This document shows, piece by piece, positions 1 to 9,871 of a stretch of 16,000 nucleotides of DNA. How positions within the stretch are numbered: the first letter of the stretch is position 1; every line of letters starts with the position of its first letter. This stretch comes from Takakia lepidozioides. Taxonomy: Eukaryota > Plantae > Bryophyta. The stretch lies in the NCBI GenBank assembly GCA_030704615.1, contig JAKLZA010000241.1:1-16000 (forward strand), read 5' to 3'. The notes beneath the pieces were generated by a model. The model ran no database searches, was not told where the DNA came from, and worked only from the letters and a program-made list of their open reading frames with translations. The position numbers and the translations under genes were made by a program.

Positions 1-1
1 G

Positions 2-1444
2 AAGGAGTTTCCACCATCATTTTTTGATGTGATGACACATCTGGTTGTTCATCTAGTGGATGAGTTGTACTTATGCGGGCCCGTAGCATCTCGTTGGATG
101 TACCCCATGGAGCGGGCAATGAAAGATATGAAGGGCTACGTAAGAAACATGGCAAGGCCCGAGGGGAGCATGGCAGAAGGATACCAATTTGAAGAAGCAT
201 TGGGTTTTTGCACAGAGTATATGGCAGGATTTGATGGAAGTGTACGAAGGGTGTGGGATGCAGATGAGGCAGAATCTGTGGAACGTGAAGTTGTGGAAGG
301 AAGTTCTAAAGCCCGAAAATTGAATGACCTGTGTGATATTGTACATGAGTACCATCCTCGTCTATCAGTCACGTTGGGGCAAGAAATCTACTTCATTGAC
401 ATTCAGATTTCCAAGTTTTGGTCATTTATCATAAGTTGGCATATGGCGTCTTTTCAAATCTCTCACGCCACCTTTGTCAATCTCCTGGCTGACCCTCGGA
501 TTGTGACAGGATATATGAAGCAGAGTCCACACGGATAGAAGCCAGACGACGCTTGTTTCGTGAGGAGCAAGGGCTGGAAGGCATGAGCAATCCCACGACA
601 ATTCAGTACCCTCCTGATTTGCATCTTTGTCCTCCATTTGCTGTTTGGCTCCCTCAAGGTGTACGGGATCATCTCTCAATTCAATCAGATGGGCTTGATC
701 CTACAACACGTGAGGAATTACTGGATCTTTCAAGGCCTCCATCATTTACTGCCCTGTCATTCAAGAGTATGACAACGTATGGTAACCATTATTGGGTTAC
801 ATCCCCCGGCATGAACACAACAAGTATGGTGTCTTTTGATTGTGGAGTCTCATCTGTTTTCCAGCACCAGCCCATTACCAACAATTCAGGCAATGACATG
901 GAGGAACCTACAAGATATGTGGGTCTTATAAGGGAGATTTTGCAAATTGACTATGGCCAAACACAGCCTATAGTGTTTTTGTGTTCGTGGGTACGGGCGA
1001 GTCGCGTGGGTCGTCAACCTATGTCAATGAAGCAGGATGATGCTGGCTTCACACTTGTCAATTTTAACCGTATGCTTCCACCTTCTGAGCAACCTTTTGT
1101 GTTTCCTGGCCAGGTTGATCAAGTGTTTTTTTTCTGATTGTGTGAAGGAGCCGGGGTGGAAAGTCGTCCTGGAGAAGAGCCCCCGAGCACGTAGAGTGGT
1201 CTGCGACATATCAATTGATAATGATGATGTGGCGGAAGCGGAAGGATTGTTAGCCCCACAAAGACTAGAGGAGACTCTGGTTGCTGATGGCCCAACATGC
1301 AGCCGAGCGGTACCGGTTACTCCAGAGCAGGTGGCCTCCTTGTACCTCCGAGCACCCCGTATACGTGGTGATGATGTTCAGCCAACCCTTGGACAAGATC
1401 AAGTCTATGATGAAGACAGTGATACATGTAGTGACCAGACATAG
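2..1444 (+). pseudogene. CACTA Tnp2/TnpD-type transposase, C-terminal part (DUF4218-like and DUF4216-like regions), spliced, one frameshift
   Basis: Frame 2 reads KEFPPSFFDVMTHLVVHL..LCGPVASRWMYPMER..KGYVRNMARPEGSMAEGY (DUF4218-like). After an acceptor TGACAG (AG ends at 509; donor uncertain, about 349-421) the frame reads YVGLIREILQIDY..VFLCSWV..DDAGFTLVNF..EQPFVFPGQVDQVFF (DUF4216-like). Removing one T from the T8 run at 1126-1133 joins it to SDCVKEPGWKVVL and the stop at 1444. Confidence 0.88.
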
Positions 1445-1649
1445 ATGAGGATGATGAAGATTAGATATGCGCAATTTGTGCACTCCAGTTATAGACCATG
1501 CATGATAGTTTAAGGTGGTAACACTCCCTTCGCATTCCCATTAAGATATCATGCTTGGACACTGGATTTTATGATCAATTATGGAGTGCTTTCCTTTCAG
1601 CACCCTTTATTCATTTGTTGTTTCAATTGGCTTTGGACCAACCCGTGCT

Positions 1650-2790
1650 GGTACCATTGCCATGGGTTCTGCCTGCAATGTTTTCTTGCCATGGATTCGG
1701 CACACGCCACGAAAGGCCATCCAGACCATCCTCTGGAAATGCTCCAATGTTGTTTCAAACATCTCCACATTGCAGTGAGACTAGACCTCCAGCCAGCCGG
1801 CTTTCCCACATCAAATTGAAGGGGATCTGTAGATTATAGATAACGGCTGTTGCCTTCTCAATGTCTTTTCCAATCACCTCTGCAATGAACTGGGGTATAA
1901 GATCCTTCAAATCACAAGTTTGAGCATCACGCACAAGCCACTTACGGGGATAGAGTTTCCAATGCGAACCATTGGTTTTTTTATTGATAGCATTGTTGTA
2001 AAATACATGGACCAACATGGTCAATTTCGGGAATGACATATAGTACGCTTTCATGTACTATGTAAGCATGCAACTATGTACCAGTGACGTGGCTTGTTCG
2101 CCACTTAACCTGTTTGCCCATTCAGCCAGCTCCACATTGTCATGGATTTTGCATGCTGGATTGTGAGGCCATCCACACCGTCCTCTGGAAATGCTATCAT
2201 GGGGTTTCAGCTATGTCCACATTTCCCTGGATTATGCCTACACGAAGCAAGGCCAACTGCATTCAGCACCCTCCACTTTATTATAGTATTGCAGCAACAT
2301 TCAAAGCACTTCAATTTGTATCCATCGAAAACATCTAGGCTAGAAAAAGACATTGTTGCAGCAGAACTTAGGAAAGTACTTCTCCCCTTCCACTACACAC
2401 GTGAAATGAAAGAAGCCAACCAACAGCATACCAGCCAAGAAAATATGAAACCAGCCAAGAAAAGAGCCAATATATGCAGTGAAGGTCGACACTAAATGAA
2501 ACTTATCCAACACTTACATTAGAGGAGGGAAGCTAAGTCTTACCTCCATAAGCTTGCCCACATCAAATTTGGGAGCTTTCAGAATTTTTCCTTTCCGGTT
2601 GAATGAACTTGGCTACAAGATCCTTCAAATCACAAGTTTGAGCTTCACACACAATGAACTTGCAGGGATTGAGCTTCCAATGCGAACCAGGAGTCTTATA
2701 TTGATAGCATTGTTGTAAAACACATGGACCAACAATGACAGTCTCTGGAATGACATATAGTACAGTAATGACATATAGTACAACATGCAG
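1650..2790. repeat. Diverged internal duplications within the CACTA element
   Basis: About 1880-2070 matches about 2600-2790 (shared AAGATCCTTCAAATCACAAGTTTGAGC, TTCCAATGCGAACCA, TATTGATAGCATTGTTGTAAAA, GGAATGACATATAGTAC). About 1655-1770 matches about 2135-2222 (shared AGGCCATCCA..CCTCTGGAAATGCT). CCCACATCAAATT occurs near 1805 and near 2557. Confidence 0.8.
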
Positions 2791-3670
2791 CTTCCAGTTG
2801 ACCATCTACCCATGTAGGTTTCTTGTACCTATCCTTCCACAGGGAATCATAGGTAATGTGGAGCTTGAAATCCAGCCCTCTTGGATGAATCTGGACCCAC
2901 ACTCTATCCCTGCTCCTTCAGCTATCCATGCCTCTGACAGCCTACAATTCTACCAGCAAACACCCCAACCATACTGGTGTGGAGTTCTTCCCCAAAACAC
3001 CCCAACCCTACTTATCACAATCTGAAATGCATCTGCTTCTCTCTGTAGTCCAACAGGCATTCGCCTTTTTGTCTCCATTGTCCCACCATTGGGATCGGAA
3101 AGTGTTCACCCCAAAGCTTCTCCTCACCTCTATTATATGTTTTTGGATACTTCCCTGCTGCCACACTGGCAGTAACTTGCCAAAGTCACTCCAAACCACC
3201 ACAGATCTACCCAACGACCTAACTTACATAATTCAATATGCATCTTGCGGCCGAGTCTGATGAGAGGGCAACACAGGCTGAAATAGGTTGAAGAAGAAGG
3301 TGCCCTACCACATTGTCCTTGACCTGTCCTGACCCATGGAGGATTTGACCGATGACCTCTTGTGTGTGCTGCTTGTGTCTGTAGTCAGGTAATGTCGGAT
3401 TGGTCTGTCAGATCGAACCACTACGGCGTAGATGAGTAGTCAGAGATTGAAACACGCTTGCTAAGACCAAGCTGACTCTCCCAAGAACGGCGAGCTCGCT
3501 TCTCCTCGTCTCGTCTCCTCCTCCTCTTCTCCTTCGTGCATCATTTGCTCAACGCCTCCCACGCCCCTGCATATCCTGCTATCATCGCGTTCCATCCCTC
3601 AGCTATGTGGTGTGGCGCAGGAGACAAAAAGACGCCAAGTCCCAGCCCTCCTTTCTGTTCACGATTACAC

Positions 3671-3730
3671 TAATGGGCAACCTTATTAGCAAAAATTTTA
3701 ACTTTTTTAAACTTAATGGGCAACCTTATT
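3671..3730. repeat. 17-bp direct repeat TAATGGGCAACCTTATT (two copies)
   Basis: Exact copies at 3671-3687 and 3714-3730, separated by an AT-rich spacer. Confidence 0.85.
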
Positions 3731-3754
3731 TGCATTATATGTGCCTTCAAAATG

Positions 3755-4045
3755 ACACGTGTAGTGATGAAGTCGTATAAATAGAGCTCTGAAACCATCT
3801 TCAGTCATGGAGTCATAAGATTCCATGAAACGTCGTCCACGTGTAGTCAAACATATCACACTAGTCATATAAACCATCCCTGTCATCATGGTCAACAATG
3901 TTTGACCAATGCTCCCTAACTTTCCGGAGTCATGTAGTGATATCCATTACTACAAAGTCATAAAACTAAAACTGTAATGCATTTCAGCGCTCTGTAGTCA
4001 TGTACCTAGTGCAGTTTTTATGACTCCGCCAAAGCCGTAGTCCTA
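3755..4045. repeat. CACTA subterminal repeat region, (GT)AGTCAT-like motif
   Basis: About ten GTAGTCAT/AGTCAT/GTAGTGAT variants (near 3761, 3803, 3810, 3843, 3861, 3928, 3935, 3956, 3994, 4037) and an inverted ATGACT near 4020, immediately inside the terminus. Confidence 0.7.
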
Positions 4046-4049
4046 AAAA

Positions 4050-4067
4050 CGCTCATCTCTTGTAGTG
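4050..4067 (-). repeat. CACTA 3' terminal inverted repeat
   Basis: CGCTCATCTCTTGTAGTG; reverse complement CACTACAAGAGATGAGCG. The partner TIR is outside the window, so TIR length is unknown. Predicted 3-bp target-site duplication is AAC (4068-4070). Confidence 0.85.
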
Positions 4068-4716
4068 AACCCCCCTTAAAATACCCGATCCAGGGACCAA
4101 CAGTCCCTGGCGGGGTCCGTCGAATTACCCAGCGGTTAAGACTGATACCTCGCGGCCAGCGCTACGTGGCGAGGCGTGGCTGGCCCGCCGCCGGCGCGGG
4201 TCCAGCGGGTAATAGGCAGGCTCCGTCATCTCTGCCGCTCGTGTCATACCTGTGCGGGCCCAGCTATGGCGCCTGGTGCAGCCACGCAGGGCACCAGCGA
4301 GCGTACTTTGCTCCAGGGGTCAACTCCCCCCACAGCGTAGTTACGGCGTGAGCCCAGCCCCGTGAGCCTGGGAGCTGAGCTCACGCTTCAGGGAAGCATG
4401 AGCGGCACAAATCTGCTGGAGAAGCAAGTCCTATAGGCGAGGATTGCAGGAAGAGGGCCTATTACCGTGGACAAAACAAAGGGGGCCACCATGCACCATG
4501 TCTGCAATGCCTGCACAAAAAGAGGAATATGAAAATATGATTTGAGCTCAAAATGATTGACACACTTTATTTCAATTCACAGATAGACGCTTACAATGAA
4601 TGGCATGTGCATTTGCCCTGGTTCTGCGAACGAAATGTATGTGTTTGTCCTAAATGCAAAGTCTTTACACGGTAACTTGGAAACCAGCATGGGAAGCGGG
4701 CATGACTCGTATGTGT

Positions 4717-5000
4717 TCAGAGAGAATTTGGCGGAGCCCTACGTGAGGTGTCCCGCTGCAGAATGGTGATTACTTCTCCGTAGCCTAGTGTGGCTTGGTG
4801 AATGAATTGGTCTCTCTTACCGTCGCAGCACATAATTACAAGGTATATGTAATATTGATGCTTGCAGGGGACCCACTTCCCTCTCATGCCGAGAGCGCCC
4901 TCACGCATCGTTACAAAATCCGGACAAGTGCACGTAGGGAAATTCCCCACGGTAACCTGATATTCTTTGCCATGAAGAACTGAGCCAATAGACAGCACGA
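4717..5000 (-). pseudogene. Orphan C-terminal SWIM zinc-finger fragment paralogous to the end of the Mutator-like transposase
   Basis: GSVLHGKEYQVTVGNFPTCTCPDF..WVPCKHQYYIYL..FIHQATLGYGEVITIL aligns by eye with GSAVRNEVYTITISELPTCNCTDF..YCPCKHLYYVYL..FIHAPGLSPQEVHTLL at 5852-6100. Both carry the CxC-xn-CxH SWIM signature. Confidence 0.8.
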
Positions 5001-5277
5001 GGTTTACTATTTCATGAGCAGAAACCATGAGCCATGAGCCATGAGCCGCATGAGCCGCATGAGCGGTGAGCCGAAGTCTAAGATACGCGGATTTCATGAG
5101 CGGACTCCTCCAAATTTGGAAATGCGGCAGATTAAACAAGTATTAAAATAATAGTTTTTTTTATTTGACCTTGCCGTTTTTGGACGTTCCAGATCATGTA
5201 ATGCGGCAAAGATATGTCGTCAGTAACAAGTCCGCTCATGGTTTTTTAGATCCGCTCATGGAAATAAGTGACCGTGC
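4995..5277. repeat. Small unit bounded by imperfect inverted repeats with ATGAGC(C/G) motifs; possible MITE or element terminus
   Basis: Left end GCACGAGGTTTACTATTTCATGAGCAGAAACCATGAGCC. Reverse complement of the right end GCACGGTCACTTATTTCCATGAGCGGATCTAAAAAACCATGAGCGG. Tandem CATGAGC(CG) units at about 5013-5075. No target-site duplication seen. Confidence 0.5.
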
Positions 5278-5578
5278 AACGGGAAATCCAGTATACCACT
5301 GCAAAAGGACGTCGCATACTGGCCTGTATAGAGTATTCCGCGGTTTTACATGCCTTAACATTGGAATGAAGCTGACCCTTTTGCCGCGATTGAACCAATG
5401 GAGTCTGCACCAATACAGTCTGCAGTACTTCACAATTCTGTCTTCTTCGGGTATTCGGCGGGAAAGGTTTGCAACTGAACTGGGAAATAAGGTGCCGCAT
5501 TAGGGTTCGCACGTGCGAAATTTCGGAGCGGTTTGGTGTTGGCGAAGGCCGCCTCTACCAGTACCTACGACGATACTT

Positions 5579-5600
5579 GGAAATGCGGCGCCGCATTTCC
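5579..5600. repeat. Solo copy of the array palindrome, GGAAATGCGGCGCCGCATTTCC
   Basis: Perfect 22-bp palindrome about 250 bp past the transposase stop. Degenerate or half sites also at about 5118-5128 and 5482-5501. Confidence 0.9.
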
Positions 5601-5851
5601 TTGTCGGAGGTCGAATGAGGAAAGCAAGTTTTCGGAAAGCAGAAAAACATGAACCCTCCAACATACAAAAATACATGCACGTGGAAACAAGTGAACGATA
5701 TAGTAATATCTTAGTTCGAGCAAAACAGGTTACTGGTAGGCAAGACATATGTCGGACCTTTCTGTGGCCAGAGTCTGAGGTACTGGCAGCAGTACAGTTG
5801 TACTATCCGAAAAGGATGGGCGTACCATTGTATGTGGACCGCAAGCCAAGC

Positions 5852-8800
5852 TCACTGGTCCCCTGGATCCATATTCAGAAGAGTGTGAACCTCCTGGGGG
5901 CTCAACCCTGGTGCATGTATGAAGTGATGAGTTGTGGAATTACAACGGAGTCTCTTTAGGTACACGTAGTACAAATGCTTGCAAGGGCAGTATGATGCCC
6001 CCTTGTTCGCCATGATCTGGAAGTCGGTGCAATTGCAGGTGGGTAATTCTGAAATGGTGATGGTGTACACCTCATTGCGAACAGCTGAGCCCGCCGTGGC
6101 CATCTGATACACACGCCCGAATCCTGGTGGGGGCACTTCTGTCAAGCTCTGGATTGTACACTTCATCCGAAGTGCATTCCCCATCCTTGTCTCGTTCACT
6201 TTTGAGGGAGGTCGCCGCCTCTTTGGTTTCCCCCAACGGTGTGTAGGATGCTTAGAGCTGTCGTGTCCCATTGTTCTTGCTCTCACAGGGGTCGGTGGTG
6301 GAGGCTGTGGAAGCGGAAATGGTTCTCTGGGGACGTCAGTGCGCTGCACCATCCGAAATCCTGCGGCGGTAAGGGCGTCGGCCTCAACCTGACTCAGATC
6401 GCAGCCTGGTTCCACCGGCCACACCAGGGGAGCCTCTAGCATTGTTTGTATGCCGTACTTGGGCTTTCCATACACGCAAGTCATAATGTCGTGCCTGCAG
6501 AACCAGAACTGGGTGGTTGTCGCCTCCGCAAACTTTGCATGGACAAATCTTCTTGTAAAAGTAGGAGCAGGGACAGCCCCATCTGGATTCCTCCTTATCA
6601 TCTCTAAACAACGTTGTCGTGTATCCACACGAATTGCGGAACACCTTCCTCGAAACGACGGCTTTATGCGAGCAATTCTCCACTGTGAGGCAGACACAGT
6701 CGTCTCCACAATGGCTTGGCCATACTGCATAACAGCGGGCGGAATCTGGGGCAAGGGAGCGGTGGGAATTTTTTGCACGAAATCCCCGGTTGAAGGCGAC
6801 GTCGATCTGGAATTTCTTGGGCTTCCACTGCTGGAAGACACATTGTGCGGCAACATGACGGGACCTCGAGGTGCTGTCCGAATGTTCCTGTCGGATCTCC
6901 AGGAATCCTCTTAGCACCCGGGTTCCTCTTCAATCCTCCGCCTGACAGGGCGAGTCCGGACGTTCCCCTCTAGGTGTTCACCTCTGCGGTGCAGAGGCGT
7001 CCCTTTGATCTTCTCTCGCAATGCTGTCGCCCATTTCACTGGATTCTTGGACCTCGAAGCTGTTCGTACCAACAATTCCTCCCTGTCCGGCCCAAAGCCC
7101 CATTGTTTGCCGCTCAGGAACTTGTAGTACGTGGCTTGCTGCATGATTGCTCTGTCGATGTCCTCCGTTGTGGCCGTCACTACGTCCACCAGATGTGCGG
7201 CAGAAGACGCTCGCCAGGAGGAGTGGACCGATTCTGCCATATTCGTGTTCGGCATGTCCGTGTCGGAATCCAAGCACCGCTCCTAGAAGGACACAAACAA
7301 TGGTGAGGGACCAATCGAAATGTCCGTAACAGAAAGACAAATGAACGAAATTGACAGCAGCGTACCTCCCGCATGTACTGTCCGAACTGTCGATACCGAA
7401 AATGCCACCACCCCAACCAGCTGTGCAATGCTCCCAGATTGGTTGTCTCCACTGCACCTGACGTGTTCCACCAAGCCTCGATGATAGCAAACTTAACCTC
7501 CGCGTCATCAAATGTGGGTGCATCCTTCCACGCCGTACAAAGGACACGGTGTTCAGCCTGGAATGAGCTAGCAACAAATTTGGTAGTGTAGTGGGATAGA
7601 CTCTGCATCCAATGGAATCCACATGATCTCTCTTTCCCCTCCATTGGAACATTGGGGTCCTCACCGTACACACGCCGCACCGCTGCCCAGTTGGCCTGAG
7701 CGTTGTCTGCCATGAATCCCCTGAAATTGGGCTCTGGCAATCCCGCCCTTGCCATCTGCTCGTTTATGCCCTCCCACAGATGCATCTCGGACTGTGTGTC
7801 CTCCCCTTTCATCTCGCAGATTGCAATCGTCATGAGCCTCTTGGAGTGATAGTCATAAACATGCGCACCCATAGTCACCCACTGATGGTTTGTAATTCGC
7901 TTGATGTGATCAAACATCACCCAAGCATTCGACAAGTTTCCAGTTGTCATGCGAGTGACCAAGTCGACTCCACTCCCAGGCCCACACGTCGACATTTTGA
8001 AAATGTAACAACGATTGAATTTGCTGCCTTGCCCTGGAAACCTGCTACCTTGGATGTAGTCATATCCAGTCATTCGTTTCACCTCCAGGATTGAGTACAT
8101 GTCCGACCCCCTGCCGAACTCCTGCTTGCAAGATACGATGTGATTCCGCACATTCGGACTACAAACGTGCGAGACGGACTCCAAGAGGTCACGCATCTCG
8201 TCTTCGGTCAAGGGCTCTCGGTCGGAACCATCGTCAGACATGATTTTGCCAAGAGCAATCTTGTGGGCTGCCTTCAGCTGAATCTGCTTTGGTCTGGCTC
8301 CGGGGCTCAATTTCACCTCCTCTTTTATGATGTCGTGTGCTTCCTGCACAGCCTCACGCATGTTGCCTCTCGCCAAGGGGTGGCAGTGGACCCCAACGTG
8401 TATGCAAGCTCTAGTCAAGTCCGGGAGCAAATGGATTACGTAATATTGCTTGGCTCTGCACATGGACATGCACGTCGGTGGTTCTTTACAATGTGCACAC
8501 TTGAAAGAACCCGCAGGAGCTTGGCTGGAGACAATGAATGGATGATGCGTTGTGCCAGTCCAATCCGTCTCGTTTCTCCGCCCTCCTTTGGAGAGAAAGT
8601 GGAAGCAGGTGGGATTGAGGCACCTCAGCTTCCCCGCACAGAGGACATATCGTACACGAACACCATCAGCAATTTTCGTGCTACTGGTCTTCGTCACACA
8701 CCAGGGGTGTCCGTCATGCTTTCGATCCATGTCTGTTAACATCCCGGAGGCTTTGTTTGACAAAGAAACAGGTGGAAACTCGAAGATGACATTGCCATCG

Positions 8801-9459
8801 ACTTCGGGAGGCAGAAACGTTACCTTTCTGACTGGGAATTTGGCATAGTCGAGAGCAGCCAGCTCGGAGCGAGAACCATCGAGGTGATGTTGTCGTAGGA
8901 GCTGCACAATGGACCGGGTTGGAGTTATGCTCGAGGGCACATTCGTAGCACCGACAGAGACGTCCATGCCGGATTTGAACGACCGTGTGGAGGACATGGG
9001 TACCTCAATGCAATCATCTTCCTCGTCGGAAATGTCGAATACGTCCACACGAGAAGCTATGGAGGGTCTTGACGGTCCAGGTCGGGAATGATTATCGTTG
9101 CATACCTCTCTGTTGGCAGTGGCCGCCTCTTGGTTTCCGGACTCCTTTGTGGATGGTGTGGGCAGCGACTGATTCGGAAAGGGAATGGGCATTCCCACAG
9201 CTCGGTACAGGATGGTGTCTGATGGGGGAACGTGCCATTCGATTCCGCAACCTCCGTCGTTACCTAGCACGACAATGGTCTCGTCAACCTGTCCAGGAAC
9301 ATCCTTCCTTTCTTCTTCCAAATAAACTGTGCCCGGTTTGAGCTTGAATTTGGAACAAAGGTAAGTTTCAGTCACTCTGCAAAGTCCTCCCTCGTTTGGG
9401 ATCCAGGCTCTCCCAAGTTGCGGAGGACAGCAAACTATAGCGTAGGAATTCGGAGCCAT
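5852..9459 (-). pseudogene. Mutator-like DDE transposase with GCM/WRKY-like zinc domain and C-terminal SWIM finger; 2 exons (9459-7366, 7282-5852); one in-frame stop
   Basis: Motifs: VMFDH (D at 7909-7911), GFMADNAQAN (D at 7705-7707), CGFHW (CxxH, 7612-7623), TNMAESVH (E at 7232-7234). Cys/His-rich DGHPW..CAGKLRCLNPTC..CAHC..C..HVGVHCHP at about 8378-8720. SWIM at about 5975-6040. ORFs 6911-7273 and 5852-6856 are in the same frame, separated by a single TAA at 6911-6913. The ATG at 9459 is inferred as the start; the frame is open to 9663. Confidence 0.8.
7283..7365 (-). other. 83-nt phase-0 GT-AG intron in the transposase
   Basis: GAG|GTACGC...pyrimidine-rich...CCTTCTAG|GAG. Splicing joins QYMRE to ERCLDSDTDMPNTNMAES and brings the third catalytic residue into frame. 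Confidence 0.85.
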
Positions 9460-9871
9460 CGAACACCGCACGGAGTTGGCAAGTGCGAGGTTCAGTATAG
9501 CGACAGACCAAGGCTCACAGGCACCATGCGGAGTCCATCGACGATTGGAAGTCGCACATTGAAGTGGAAAGTATTGTTTCAAGCTACATGCATGAAGGTG
9601 GGAGGTTTGATTCCATAGCCAGTAAGTATGACAATGATGGCCGATTCGGCGACGAAATAACATCTCCTGACAGTTTCTCCTGAGGGTGGATCCAGCAGTA
9701 TTCTCGGTGCAGACAGGAACGTTCGCACTGACAAGTGCCAGGACTGTTAGTTAAAACGGTCAGACAACCAAGTTGTGCTCATCAAGACTGGCCGCAATGT
9801 TGTTTCGGAACAATGCAACCCATTGAGGTTCCAGATTTCCCGTCCCGAGTGATTCTTTCGATTGCTGGTGG

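Larger units (their letters stand above)
1..4067 (+). mobile_element. CACTA (En/Spm) DNA transposon, 3' portion; 5' end lies upstream of the window
   Basis: Tnp2-type transposase motifs at 1-1444. The element ends ...CATCTCTTGTAGTG at 4067, whose reverse complement CACTACAAGAGATG is a typical CACTA terminus. A cluster of subterminal AGTCAT-type repeats precedes it. Confidence 0.9.

Noticed and set aside
3250-3295. Hammerhead ribozyme (CTGATGA...GAAA)
   Set aside because: The intervening sequence does not form stem II, and no properly placed stem III/NUH site was found.
5246-5512. Upstream continuation of the orphan SWIM fragment across the inverted-repeat unit
   Set aside because: Only a faint resemblance (SIQ..FAVVY versus TIQ..FGRVY); too weak to support.
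7180-9663. The 827-aa ORF as a complete protein
   Set aside because: Its tail reads through an 83-nt intron and lacks the catalytic Glu; the first 68 codons precede the likelier ATG at 9459.
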